Assembly (NCBI RefSeq): GCF_009914755.1
Contig: NC_060948.1
Direction: 5' to 3' (one strand)
Origin: the human T2T-CHM13v2.0 reference genome, Homo sapiens
DNA: 64,000 nt
Each line of letters starts with the position of its first letter. The stretch's first letter is position 1. The position numbers and the translations under genes were made by a program. Below are positions 26,276 through 42,160 of the stretch, piece by piece. Below the pieces are notes generated by a model. The model was given only the letters and a program-made list of their open reading frames with translations, was not told the origin of the DNA and did no database searches.

Positions 26276-27929
26276 ACTTAAGGAGTTGGGATGTAGAGAG
26301 AAATAAAATTGAATAGGTTTTAAACACTAAATAAAGGTTTTAGTTTACAGATAAGAATACTTCTATATGAAGCATAAATTTGCATATATGCTCACCTAGA
26401 CTTTGAGATCTTATAATTTCTTCAACAGATTAAACCATCACTTTCCAGAAGGCTACCATATTTCTTTGACATAACTAGTAAATTGCTGAAGTACACATTG
26501 ACATCTGAAATCATTTGTCTGAATGTCACCGAAATGAAGTGAATAGTGTGATAGGTTTTGCTCTTGTTGTCACAAGGATAATACGGAGTATTTAAAAATG
26601 TGTGATAAGATGGGATAGTTGTATTAAATTAAAAACCTTTTAAATCATACTAATAGGATGACCAATGTGCTTTATTAAGAAGCAAAGAAGTATCAGAGAT
26701 GCTTAAGGCAAATGGGCAGATGACTTGAATTGGAGTCATTTGACTGCATGTGAAAGCTAGTACATGACTAAGAGCCTACAAAAATATGTATTCTTATTTA
26801 AAACTTAAATATGAAATGCTTTGGAACAGTATAGCAAATTTCATTAAGTTTGTTAATAATTACAGAAGCATTAACATGATGGCATGTACTATCAATTTCA
26901 GGTTGAAAATAGCTGGAAAAAACATATTTTCACAACAAGTGGCTTCTCTTGGCTTTCCAACTGTTGCTTCATTCACCTTAAAAAAATAAGTATTAATTCT
27001 ACAAATATTTAAATTTAAGTAACACAATTATTGCAGGATTGATAGAAGATGCAGTAGAATTTTATAATATATTCAAAATATGTAACTGTGAGTCTGTAAA
27101 CTTTGATGTGTGATGAATTTGAGCCTGCCATGTTTATTCTGTCAAAACCACAGCAGTGCTTAGATGACAGACCCCTAGTTATGGTTGACAGCCTAGATCC
27201 TATTAACACTGTGAATCATCACAGTTAACCCTGTAATATTGTAAGATTAGAAATGAGTATCTTGTCAGAAATAATACATTTATCTAGGAAATATATGGTT
27301 GGATGGAACTGTGTCAGAGCAAGCAAGAGTCACCAGAAATTTATGTAAGGCACACAATACTTTAGCTTACTATTTTATTTATTTTTGAATTTTACTAAGG
27401 GCTGACACTGTGTCACATGAAAATCCTACAGTAATGGTATCTTGGCTCACCCTACTGGTTAAGAGAAGAGCATTTCCACCTTGAATGCTGCACCTAAAAC
27501 TTAAGATGTGTGCTTCCTTAAAAACAATACAACATAAACCCAAGAAATAAATTGGAGTGAACTACAAAATTACAACTTTAAGGAATTTATGACTTTGAGA
27601 ACTTTCTCTGCATTTTTTAGACTACAGAAAAAATTATAGCACTTTATTTTAAATATGAGGGGAATTTTCAAATAGTCATGTAAACTGCAAAGTAAAAAAC
27701 TACATATTTTAAATATACAGTTTCTTTACACAGCACTGTTTCTTAAAGCTGCATTAACAAAGTTCAAAAGACCTCTAAAAATGTGTTTTACCATCATTTT
27801 GGGTTGTGTTAAACATGATATCAAACTCAAGTTGTCCTTCTCAAGACCCAAATTAAATTTTGTTTTACTTAATGAATAATTTTAAAATCTGGATATATGA
27901 TAACTATAACTCTATAAAAAGCATCTTAG

Positions 27930-28229
<300 letters not shown>

Positions 28230-28347
28230 ATTTGATCAAGAAGCTACCAACTGAATAGCTTACTTTATTTATGCACGTTACTAGACCATTTTTGTTAAGC
28301 TCACCGTTTTAGTAATAGTCTAGTTTTTGAAAATTTGGAAGAGTTCG

Positions 28348-28646
<299 letters not shown>

Positions 28647-29058
28647 AATAGTCTAATTTTAACTAACACTTCCTAAAGATCAAAAAAGTTTACTTAAATA
28701 ATTTACACATAATATTGAGAAAGATTTTATTACACTTCTACAAAAACTCTGAGAGTGCAGCTAGCATGTAGTACTTGCTCCTCTAGAGGATCACAAGCAC
28801 TTGGTTGGACTACCAGTGTTAGACTACCTCTTGACCTTTAGAGGGTTGGGCTACCTCTTAATGTTAGAGAGCTTTTTAAAGAGTGATTATTATACAATGT
28901 GACATCACTGGATATAATTTTAGTTATGATTGTAAATGATCTTAGGCTACTTTCATTAATACAGTCTGAGTCAATTATTCATTTCATCACAGGCTTCTTT
29001 ATTGATATAAGAGAAATATGATTTGTTACATGTAGCTCTAATTGGTTAGACTTAAAAC

Positions 29059-29465
29059 TGTTGGAAAAAAAAATAACTTTAGACAAATTAAATTTAGTAG
29101 TTCATTTCAGCAAGTTCATGAATGAGGCGGCACTCAGAACCAGAACAGGTTCAGAGAACTCTGCATAGTAGTGTGGACAGTGAGCTCTTATAGTCTGAAT
29201 ACAAAAGCAGAGTAATCACCTGATTGGCTAGAGCTAGATGACTGCCTCATTTGGCATGGTCTGATCAGTTTGCTGCTTGTGATTGACTGAAGCTCAGTGT
29301 CTTGTGATTGGCTGAAACTTCGCTCTTTGTTACAAAATATACATCTAAATTGGGTTTCGGTTGGTTTATATACTAAAAGAGGTTGTAGTTTGTGGTTTGT
29401 TTGGTAGGAATTCAAAGTACGGAAACAGCCTCAATCCAATAGGCTCCTGCTTATTTAATTTAACA
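29059..29465. mobile_element. ERV1-type solo LTR (MER67/MER31-like, uncertain)
   Basis: TG...CA ends (tgttggaaaa...atttaatttaaca) and repeated gattggct (CCAAT) motifs. Confidence 0.55.
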
Positions 29466-29929
29466 AAATTAACCTTTCATTGGGTCCTGACTACTCGATT
29501 TAAACCTCCCTGTTTGACTCTTCTTATGTTAGAAATTCATTCCCTAAAAGTCTTTTCTTAATTTGGTTGCAAAAAAAAAAAAAAAAAAAAGCCACCCACA
29601 TGCCATGGCTGCCTGTGTTTTTTCACCCTGGAATTCTGCCATTACTGAACAGTATGTGCTCAGCTATGCTAAAGCTTTTACAACCCCCACCGTCATATTA
29701 TAGAAGCAAAAAAAAAAAAAAATGTCCAAAGAAATTCTACCATCTGGCATATTGAGACTTCAAAGACTAAAGAAAAAATGTTAAGTTATGGTTAGAACAT
29801 TTTTTTTCTTCCCAAATAACACCTATGCAAGAAAGAAAGGAAAACAAAAATATCACAGAGCTGGAACTTCATGGGTTTTATGCACTTACATCTATCAAAA
29901 GTAAAACACCATTGCAGACATATTCTATG

Positions 29930-30235
29930 CCTATGCTGTCTAGTACAGTAACTAGTAGCTATGTGTGACTTTAAAGCACCTGACACATGACTAGTCTGAA
30001 TTAAGATATGCCGTAAGTATATAATACATACCAGATTTTGATCACTTACTATGAAAAAGACAATGTAAAATAGCTCATTGATAAAACATTAATATTCACA
30101 TTGGTTGCATGTTGAAATTTGAATATTTTAGGCATATTGGATTAAATAAAACAGATAATTTCACCTGATCGTTTTGGCTTTTACTTTTACTGTGGCTACC
30201 AGAAATTACTTATGTAGCTTGTCTTAAATTTTTGT
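29930..30235. mobile_element. MER33/MER3-like hAT fossil
   Basis: actagtagctatgtgtgact...gactagtctgaattaagatatgccgtaagtatataatacataccagatttt...tgtggctaccagaaatt. Confidence 0.65.
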
Positions 30236-30860
30236 TGAAAACCCCTCTTTTATACCAAACTTAGTAAGGAAGATTTTGACTGAAGTTTACTTAATACCAA
30301 TACATTTGACTTTCTTGTTTCTTATGGTATAACTGATTAAAAATATTGTTTAAAATAATAATAAAAATAAAATAAAAATATAATAAAGATATATCATTTC
30401 AGGAATTGCATATTAAATATTGATATGAAATTACAAACATTGTGAATAACCTGCATATTAACATTAAATATGCATGGTTATAAACAGTTAAATCCAGAAC
30501 ATTGACCCTTAATTAGAGACTCCACTTCTCCTCACGTCTTTGAAGTGGAATATTCTTTGGGCTGCAGAAATGGTAATAACTGCCTAATTGATAGTGTTTA
30601 TGAAAAGTTTGTCTATTGAAGATAAAAAAACTATCTGTACCTCAAAGAAGTAAAATGTATAGCACAGGTTATCTAAGCAAACTGCTAAATAAAGAATAGA
30701 TATAAGTTCCATAAAGTTTATGGTTTTGTGCAATAGAGGACATACACCCTTGTATTTCATATTTTATTGCACTTAAAAATACAAAACTTTTTTTGATGAG
30801 AAAGACAATGACACAGATGTCTTTATTTTACTATATTAAGCATATTTTTTGACAGTGTTC

Positions 30861-31806
<946 letters not shown>

Positions 31807-32043
31807 CACAGACAGGTTTGTACGTAATTCATATCTAATCAAATCATGATAATCGTTTTCAAATGCTTAACTTTCCCTTTATCATTTAATGTTGAAATTA
31901 TGACCCAGCAAGCTAAAAATGGAATTCATTTTATATCATGTCGGATATCACTTTGCCCTCCAAATATGTACTCGTAATGGCAAATAATGAGTTATGCTGA
32001 ATGATTAATCTGAGTTAAAAAATGCTGATTTTACTTAGTTTGA

Positions 32044-32175
32044 AAATTGCTTATATATTTATATAAGATATATATTTCTTATATATATAAGATATATATA
32101 TAAGAAATATATATAAGAAATATATATAAGAAATATATATAAGAAATATATATAAGAAATATATATAAGCAATTT
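32044..32175. repeat. AT-rich quasi-palindrome with a 13-bp minisatellite (AAGAAATATATAT x5)
   Basis: 15-bp perfect inverted repeat: aaattgcttatatat (32044-32058) and atatataagcaattt (32161-32175). Five exact 13-mers at 32102-32166. Confidence 0.9.
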
Positions 32176-33688
32176 AACTGCATATAAGGCCTTGATCACT
32201 TTCGTTATCTTAAAGTCCCAATTATTTTGAGTGTGAGACTTCCAGTTATACTACATTCTTGGAAATTAAAGTTATTACAGCTATATCCAGTAGAATTAAG
32301 TAGGGAAATATGTAATCATTATAAAAATTGCATTTAAAATGAAGAGATTATATAGATTTAATAAATTTACAGTGATAGGATCTTTAGGTTATATAACTCT
32401 GAGCAACACATTTTTGCTCTTGAATATTTTTTCAATTGCTTTAATAGCTGTAGCAGTTTATTCTCATTTTTGTTAACAAATAAAAATAAACACACCATAA
32501 CAATAATTATGTCACTGTTTTAGATAAAGTATTAGATTTTTTTTTTCCTTTAAGGAATTCTCTTTTTTAATGCTTTGATCCATGTATCCATGTCCTGGGA
32601 AATCATTAGGAACTCATCTATATGTCTGTTCATTTAGTTGGTCCTTGAATTATCTGATAATTCTCATTTTCAATAAGTAGGAAATGGGTTGTAAGAAGAG
32701 AAATTACTTTTGCTTATTACAATTCATCAAAATTATGCTCCAAAGCTCAAAAACACTTCTGATTTATCAGCAAGTTTTGATTGGAGGAGCCAACACACAT
32801 CTGGGAAATACAGATTCAAATAAGAACGCCCAAATAGGGATCTCCCTACTGTAAAGTACGTTTCTTTCTGTGGAATGAATACAAAATCCCCCAATAACCT
32901 TTTAGGTCATTTTATTTCTCCAAGAATTGGTTTTTCTTTCCTTCTACTGCCTTAGAAAAATTTATTGTTTGGCATATCCACTGGTTTTGGAGACTATTGT
33001 AGTGTCCTACAAAATACTACCATCTTAAAGGTAAAACATTCATATATTATTTCTTAATATTTCACGTTGTTATACTCAGGTAGCAGAAAAGAAGAAATTA
33101 CCAAAACAAAACAAAACAAAACCTAAGATAAGTTGTTTAACTCTAGGGAGGAATGGAGAATGAAATTGTTCTTGGGATGTAGAAACATCTCATCTGTGAA
33201 TCTGAAGTCAATTTCCTGTTACTGGGCAGTATACAATAATTATTTCAAATATTTACAGGTATGTTATACCTAATGTTCAGAAGAAGCATAAACATTCTGA
33301 TTTTCTAATTTTACACCTTGACTATAAAACATTTGCAAGACAATTATAAGTTGTGATATAACTATACATATAATATAGAAGACACATGTTTTAACATAAA
33401 GAGAATGATGATATCCATTCATTAAAACTGAGGACAGAGAGTCTTCCCAAATAATGACCAATCTAAATATAACAATTTGATTTCGGAACAGTCTAATCTG
33501 TGTAGATGTTAAATCATTATTGCTCACATAGTCATATATAATTATATGCTATTAGTTTCATTGAATTTATAAATAAATCTCTCATGGTCTCTTGAAATTA
33601 GCTTTATGGGAGGGGAATATCTGAAATAAAATAAAAACCCACATTCTACATTCCTTTAGGAGAATGGGGACATAACTACCATAAGTAA

Positions 33689-33998
<310 letters not shown>

Positions 33999-35544
33999 TA
34001 AATTGGTTTTTAAACCTTTTCTGCTTGTTTAGAAGGAAATCTCCATTGCAGCAGGTGATGTGAGGTTTGATTAAATAAATTGACAGACTGCTCAGAGGCT
34101 GATTCAGTATTTTAATAACATTGCAATAAATCTTTTGCAATGTGGTCCCATTTTTCCTCAAGATGATCATCCTTATTTTATTTAATATTGGTGTAATCGA
34201 ATACCTACTTCATTTAACTTTTCTACAGTCTACATTTTGAACTACATTTTGAAATAATAGATTCCGTTCATGAGGAATTATGATTGTGTGGCATTGCTAA
34301 GAGTTGTAACTGTTGGAAACGTCAAGATACACTGTTGCATGTGAAAAGAGCTTTACATAGAATTGATGCTATCAGATACAGTGCCATCTTTTTATTGAGG
34401 GCATGATAGGCTAATGATAATGAAATTTTTAAGAGTTCTGCATAATAGCAAGATTTTTAATAACTAGAGCAGAATGATAGAAATCTCTTGTAAAAGTGGG
34501 TTCCAAAAGATCTTAGAGTTAGTTGATTGTTTAAATTTATAACCTCATTAGTAGTATAGACAGATTCCTGCATCTTAGAAACTCTTAGGAAAATGCCAGT
34601 TTTGATTCATCAATACTCCAACTTTAGCTTCAAATGGAATTGCCCTCAATTTTAAAATGACATGAATTTTAATAAAAAATGGAAACTAGAGAAATAGTTA
34701 CGTGAAGGAGGCATATATGGGAAAGTGGAGGCTAGGCCTTCAGGTTTTACAGAAGCAAGCATTTCTAACAAACAGAGACAGACTTGAAACAGGCTAGAGA
34801 ACCCTTAAGTAGGAAATACGCATAACAAGTTGTTTTAATTGCTAATGCATTTGTATAAACAGAGCAATCTATGACAATTGTGCTGTCAATAATCTCTGAG
34901 ATATGGTTAAGTTATAAAGCAACAAGAAATGATATTGACAGACAAATGGAGATCCAGTAATTGTCTGCAGCATCAAACTCTCATGTATAATGACTTTTGA
35001 AGGTTGAAGTTCATGAGAGCAGTTCATTATGTGTTTCAAACAAAACTCTATTTTGCCATTCTTCCATCAACTGGAGCAGTAAGCACTACAGCTAAAATTC
35101 TGCCTAAGGGAATCCATGTATACCAGTTGGTTAACCTTGTGACATTCCACTAAAAAGCACCAGGCTCTTTTGTAATACATAATTCATGAACCACTCTGAT
35201 TGTTTAGCATTGATCAGCACTTGAATAAATTGAGTTGCTATCATATTAACATAAGTAGCAATGCTTTAGTGAGATTTTCTTTCTTCCTTTCTTTTATGAT
35301 TTATAGTTCTTAAAACAGGAAGTCAGTTTAGAAGACTGCAGAGTTATGTATCCAACTATTACTTTTGAACCAACCTAATACAATGATAACAGAAGGCTGT
35401 GAAGTACATTCTAACAACTGTTTGCATATTCCATTTAAATTCCCAGATTTGACTGCCAGTATGGATTTGTTGTCAGACTTCCTGTCTTCTCTGTGGTCAG
35501 ACATGCCTATCTTTGCATTTTTCAACTCTATATGTAATTATTCT

Positions 35545-36313
35545 TGTCTACCAAAAGAGTCAAACTCTCTAAAATATTTGAAGAGATTTATTCTGAGCCA
35601 AATATCAGTGGCCATGGCCCGTGACACAGCTCTCAGGAGGTCCTGAGAACATGTGCCCAAGGTGGTCGGGGCACAGCTTGGTTTTATATATTTTAGGAAG
35701 ACATGGGACATTAATCAAATACATTTAAGAAATACATTGGCTTGGTTCAGAAAGGTGGGACAACTCAAAGTGGGGGCTTCCAGGCTATTGGTAAATTGAA
35801 ACATTTTCTGGTTGACAATTGGCTGAGTTTATCTGAAGGCCTGGGATCAATAGAAAGGAAATGCTTAGGTTAAGATAAAGGATTGTGGAGACCAAGTTTT
35901 ATTGTGCAGAGGAAGCTCTCAGATAGCGGACTTCAGAGAGAGCAGGTTGTAAAATGTTTCCTATTTTACAATAAGACCTAAAAGAGTGCCTGGCTCTTAG
36001 TTGATTATGTCCTGGTTCTGGAAAGGAAGGAAGGAAGACAAAGAGGAAAGAAGATTCTCTATATAATGCGGATTTTCCCCACAAAGGATGGCTCTGCAGG
36101 GCCATTTCAAGATATGGCAAGGAAATATATTTTGGGGTAAAATATTTTTAATTTCTTCCTTGTTATTCCCGAGTCAGATTGGAAAGTAAGCCACGATATA
36201 CAAGGTTAAATAAACCCCATTTGATGGAATTTATGGTTTGTAGGGTGTGAGTGACTCCCCAGACCCCTTAGATAGGAATTTGGGCAAGATAAAAAGTTAG
36301 AGCTTAGTCCTCA
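35545..36313 (-). mobile_element. MER4D/E-type solo LTR
   Basis: The minus strand starts tgaggactaagctct...cttgcccaaattcctatctaaggggtctggggagtc. 4-bp TSD ttct at 35541-35544 and 36314-36317. Confidence 0.85.
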
Positions 36314-36474
36314 TTCTCAAATCTAGGTAGTTTGATGTGGTTGTATAATTGCCCAATATCTCAGCAGGCAAGGAACTGCAATTTATATCTTTCAGAACTT
36401 TACAAGGTAATACACTGAAGACACCAGCCTTACTCTAAGGAACACAAATGTATATAGTAGTGATCTCTGTGTGA

Positions 36475-36933
36475 TGTGAACTCTGAAAATTTGAGACAAG
36501 TCTTAGTTATTTTAGAAAGTTTATGTTGCCAAGGTTGAGGACACACGCCCATAACAGCCTCAGGAGGTCCTCAAAACATGTTCCCAACGTAGTCAAAGCA
36601 CAGCTTGGTTTAGTACATTTTAGGGAGACATGAGATACCAATTAACACATGTAAGATGAACATTAGATCGGTTGGAAAGGCAAGACAACTCGAAGCAAAA
36701 GCAGGATGACTCCAGGGGAGAGAGCTTCCAGGTCATATGTAGATATGAGACAAACGTTTGCATTATTTTGAGTTTCTGATTAACCTCTCCAAAGGAAACA
36801 ATCAGATAGGCATTTGTCTCAATGAGCTAAGGGGTAACTTTGAATAGGAGGCAGATTTGCCCTAAGCAGTTCCCAGCTTGACATTTCCCTTTCGCTGAGT
36901 GATTTCAGGGTTCCAAGATATTTTCCTTTCACA
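36475..36933 (-). mobile_element. MER4A-type solo LTR
   Basis: The minus strand starts tgtgaaaggaaaatatcttgg...gtcaagctgggaactgcttagggc. Flanks are gtga and gaga. Confidence 0.85.
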
Positions 36934-37342
36934 GAGATGTGGTTTGGATCTGTGTCCTTGCCCAAATCTCATGTCCAGTTGTAATCCCCAGTGTTGGAGG
37001 TGGGGCCTGGTAGGAGGTGATTGGATGATGGGGGCAGTTTCTCATGGTTTACCACCATCCTCCTTAATGTTGTTGTAGTAATTGTGACTGATTGAGTTAT
37101 TGCAAGATCTGGTTGTTTGAAAGTGTGTGGCACCCCACCCCTCACTCTCTTCCTCCTCCTATGGCCATGTCAGAGGTGCCTGCTTCACCTTCTGCCATAA
37201 TTGAAAGTTTCCTGACGCCTCCCCAGAAGCCACTATGCTTCTTATACAACCTGGAGAATGCTGAGCCAATTACATCTCTTTTCATTATGTATTACCCAGT
37301 CTCAGGTATTTCTTCACAGCAATGCGGGAACAGACTGTTACA
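36934..37342 (+). mobile_element. MSTA-type MaLR solo LTR
   Basis: tgtggtttggatctgtgtcc...cccaaatctcatg...attacccagtctcaggtatttcttcacagcaatg...ctgttaca. Confidence 0.85.
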
Positions 37343-38259
37343 AGGTGTATATAGAGAAATGTGACTATTGTGTGGTGAGAGGGTACGTTTTCATCCTCAC
37401 ATGCTGAAAAGTGAGAAGAGGAATATACTCGAGAATGTATTTTGATACATAAATATTATTTCATTGCTTTTCCCTTTTAGCATAATTTGCACATTTTAAA
37501 TCATGTAACCATTTCAGAGAGAAAACTATATTAATTATGAGATAGTTTTATCTACAGCTTGAACTATAGAAGAAATTTATTACTACATCAGTGTGAACCA
37601 GACCGTATTTAAATAGATTATTTAACGTATGGACAACAGGGTTCCAGAGTAGTGGTAAGAATTCCCTAAGGAAATTACCTTTATTCTTGGCATATATTTT
37701 GCCTAGTAAAAAGTGAATAGGCACAAATGTCTCCTATGATTTTATACCTAATCACTGTTCCCTCTTGAGATTCATCTATGCATGCTCAGCCCTTCTACTG
37801 CTATTTTTTCAGGAATTTATCTGTATGAAAAGCAGTAGCCTGAGAAAATTAGTTACAGATTTGCCACCAAGAATGACAAATGTCTAGTGGAGCAGAAAAG
37901 AGGCATAGAACATGCTCAGACTCATCACGGAAAGTGACTCAATTTTCCAGTGTATCATCATTTGTAACACAAATATATAGAATATAAAGTGATACGCAAG
38001 AGATGAACTCTCCAAACATTTTAAAGTGTCATTTGGGTATTATACATATTTAAATGTCCACATTTCTCATTTAATTTGGTTATTACAAGATACAAATTTA
38101 ATATGCATTTACTGAAACTCATGACTTCTTTTTAGTCCTAAATCTAACTGTTTTCATTAAACACAAATTATATATGAATTTTTTATTCATAAAGCTTCAT
38201 TCCTTTTTACCTATTTATATTTTGCTATTTAAAAATATCCAGCACCACACAAAAAAGTA

Positions 38260-38262
<3 letters not shown>

Positions 38263-38297
<35 letters not shown>
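38263..38297. repeat. (TG)n microsatellite
   Basis: Read directly from the sequence. Confidence 0.95.
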
Positions 38298-38300
<3 letters not shown>

Positions 38301-40618
38301 AACCATTAAATTAAAAAATAATAATATCTAGCATGGTTGTTTTGTTGACATCCCATACACTGGTTTAAATAACTGAAAAAAAAATGGACAACAGCATTTT
38401 ATCATGACTTTTCTTTGCAAACCATTTGAATTATTTTATAAAATGAGTAGAGATAGGTTACTTATCATTGCAGAATCTGTTTCTTTAGATATTAGAAATA
38501 GAGATTTGATTTTGAGCCATAACCTCTTGCTTAAAAGTATTCTTATGCCCTATGATATGCAGGTGTTATTCAGATTTAACTGTTTATCTCTATCTTTGAG
38601 GATATACAGGTATATATGAGGACAAGCCCACTTGTTCTCTTTTCCTAAAGGAATACACAAAAAATCAGGGTGTAGAAAAATATCTTATTTCTCCCTCATT
38701 TTATACACTAGGACAATGTGAGACATTTAACTGCTCTATCATGTCCACTACTAGGCTGTCTGCCAATTGGATGATCATACTTTCCAATTATCCTAGCCTC
38801 TAGTACTTCAGTGTTTAGGACAGTTGGATTTTAACAACATAATTCACTAGGACAATATTCTATGCCATCATGAATACCTTCTGTCTTTGGGGAAAAACAA
38901 CAACAACTGTAGTGCTTTTTATTTACTTGGAGAATATTTTGAAATAAGTAAAGTATTAATTTCTAATATCTAGAGGTTTAGAAAAACATGAACATCCCTC
39001 TTTAATTTGAATGTTTATGATGTCACTCCACAAACACACATATTATTATCAATATTTAAATTACATTAAAGATATATCCAAGAACAAAGGCCCTTCATTG
39101 CAGTATGCATGGTAATATATGCATTATCAACTGAAGAACATGGGGCAACAAGTGAATTCTGTAGAGATTTCAGCTAATAAAAATGCAAGTCCAAATCCCA
39201 AATCCAAGTCCTCCTATCCCCTAACCCCCAATCCCCAGCTGTGGTGAAATTTCCAGCACAAAAATATCTAGGTTGTCATTAGTGTTTCAACAAAGCTAAT
39301 GCATTTACTCTTCCATTGCTCACTAATTTTCAGGCTTTTTCTGCATTTCATATCCTCTCTTTGTCTCCTTACCTGCTCTTTTCTTCTTTGGTTACTTTTG
39401 TGACATTTTGTACCACATGTCCTTAGAATTCTATTCCTAATATTATGTTTTTTTCTCCAAAAATACTTTTCAAATGTTCTTCACAATGTTCTAGTTTGTT
39501 GTTTAGAGGTAGGTACCCCTGAATAAGATATATCTTTTAACGTATATTTAATAAAATGATAATATTTCATTCTGGGGCTACTATGGCACATCCCAAAGGA
39601 AGGAATTTGCATTTCTCTCTCATACTGTAATTTTTATTGAGTTTCTCATCTAGAAGTAACCTCCTTTTGATGTTGTCGTCACTATAGTCCTAAATTAAGC
39701 CTACTTCAAAGCTTTAAACAATAAAAAATTCTAATTCAGGCAGAAAGTCACCAAAGATACAGTGAACATATGCTATAAGCATGAAATTTGAACAATCTGT
39801 AATATAAAAATATATGGCATTTAAACCTTATGTCCTACATATCAAGGGTAATGACTTTGCTTTTTAGTAATTAAATTTGTACACGTAGTGAAATTGCTAA
39901 TGGATATTGATTGACAAGGCAAAAATCTTCACTTTGGGAAATCTTCCATTTTCCTAGAAAAATCTTAGAGAAGTTATTTAAGTGGCAACAGAGTTGATTC
40001 TGAATTACTTTTTGCTATTCAAGTTCCAAGACGAAGAGAATCATTGAGCACTTTTAGGCCAATCATCATGCATTTTTTCTTTTAGAAACAAAGTTAAGGT
40101 GTTCAACATCTTTAGACACGTTCTTGAATATACTGTCACAATTATTAAAGATTATAAAACTGCAAATAATAGAATTAGTTACTTATGTTGTTATCACAGT
40201 GGGCATCAAAGACACGATGTTTCCCTTACATATATTTCTGAAGGAAAGTAAGGTTAGATTGAAATGTTGTTTGATATTTTCCAAAATGCAAGTCACTTGC
40301 TGAAGATCAATCTGCCTTCACATTTCAGATAATCAAGGGAGAGTCTGTCTACCTTATTCACAAACTGAATAAATATAGATTCATTCTGAATGATATATGC
40401 AGGCCCCTTTTCCCTTTATGATTTAATATACAAGGCACTTTGAACACATGGGACATTATCTTCACTTGCTCTCAGGAGGACTATGTAAGAGGACTGAATA
40501 AATAGACAAGTTTATATATAGTTTAGGGGCCCTAAGTCAAGTGTATGTGTATGTGTTTGTGTGTGTGTATGTGTGTGTGTATGTACCTGCTATATATGAA
40601 TATATACACATATCATAT

Positions 40619-40979
40619 TGTATTTGTCCATTTTCATGCTGCTGATAAAGACATACCTTTATGTCTGGGTAATTTATAAAGAAAAAGAGGTTTAATGGAC
40701 TCACAGTTCCATGTGCTGGGGAGGCCTCACAATCATGTTGTAAGGAGAAAGGCACGTCTTTCATGGCAGTAGGCAAGAGAGAATGAGGGCTGAGCAAAAG
40801 GGAAACCCCTTATAAAACCATCAGATCTCATGAAACATTAAGTACCACGAGAACAGTATGAGGGAAACCACCCCCATGATTCAAATATCTCCCACTGGAT
40901 CACTCCCACAACATGTGGGAATTATGAGAGCTACAATTCAAGATGAAGATTTGGATGGGGACACAGCCAAACCATATCA
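40619..40979 (-). mobile_element. THE1 (B/C) solo LTR
   Basis: tgtatttgtccattttcatgctgctgataaagacatacc...ggggacacagccaaaccatatca. Flanks are catat and catac. Confidence 0.9.
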
Positions 40980-41237
40980 CATACATACACATTGTATAAA
41001 ATGATGTACAAAGTATGTGTATGTATGAATATATGGGAAAACTTAGGATTAAAGTGGAACTGAGCCTAATGGATCTGTCAAACTCATGTCAATATTTATT
41101 AGACAGAGATGTTCATCTGGTGATGGTGCCATTTTAGCTAATAAGAAGGTATAAACTATTGATAATCTTGCTTACATTTCTCTTTAATTTTGTTTGTTTT
41201 CTCCTCTAAGATTAGAAAGCAAAATTGAAAAAGTCAG

Positions 41238-41530
41238 GGACCACGCATGGTGGCTCACATCTGTAATCCCAGTACTGTGTGAGGCTGAGGTGGGAGAATC
41301 ACTTAGCCCAGGAGTTTGAGACCAGCCTGGGAAACATACCGAGACCCATCTCTACAAAAAAATTAAAAAACTGGCCAGGTGGCGTGCACTTGTGGTCCTA
41401 GGTACTTGGGAGGTTGAGATGGAAGGATTGCTTGAGCCCAGGATGTCATGGCTGCCTTGTTGTGTTCACACCACTGCATTCCAGACTGGGAAACAGACTG
41501 AGCCCTTGTCTCAGAAAAAAAAAAAAAAAA
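41238..41530 (+). mobile_element. AluJ
   Basis: Diverged Alu with agcccaggagtttgagacc; TSD aaaattgaaaaagt. Confidence 0.9.
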
Positions 41531-41833
41531 TTGAAAAAGTTCTCAGGAAAGATGCGGGGAAATATATTTTTTTCATTACACCATTCCCCCACACAAATAT
41601 ATTTTATTTTTTTCTTTTCATTTCCTTTCTAAGTCTTTGCATCTCTAATGATGGTGTACATTCATATGAAAAATTTGATATTTAGCAGAATTAATACTCA
41701 GTTAATACATAAAGCTATAGATTATAGTTTGATAAGTAAAAATGAGTTATGAATTATGCAGAACTCCATAGAATTTCAATATATGAATCCTCATTTTATT
41801 TATGTATCTGCTATATATATGTATATTTATATT

Positions 41834-42160
41834 CAGTCCTCCCTTGGTATCTTTAAGGGATTGGTTCTAGCACCCCCGTAATACCAAAATCCTTAGATGC
41901 TCAAGTCCCTTATATAAAATGATACATCGTATTTACATATAGTCTACACACCTTCTCCTGTATATTTTAAATTATTTCTAGATTACTTATAATACCTAAT
42001 ACAATGTAAATGCTATGTAAATAGTCATTATACTGTATTATATATATTTGTATTACTTTTTATTGTAGTATTGTTATTTGTATTGGGCTTTCAAAATATT
42101 TTTGATCCTCAGTTGCTTGAAATCAAGAATGTGGAACCCGTGGATACAAGGTGCCGACTG
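41834..42160. mobile_element. MER2 (Tigger-derived) DNA transposon
   Basis: cagtcctcccttggtatc...gatgctcaagtcccttatataaaatg...cccgtggatacaaggtgccgactg, with terminal inverted repeats. Confidence 0.85.

Noticed and set aside
26690-27260. Repeat-poor stretch that might be a conserved enhancer or cryptic exon (similarly 61780-62300)
   Set aside because: No recognisable ORF, splice pattern or motif cluster. It needs conservation or chromatin data that I cannot obtain.
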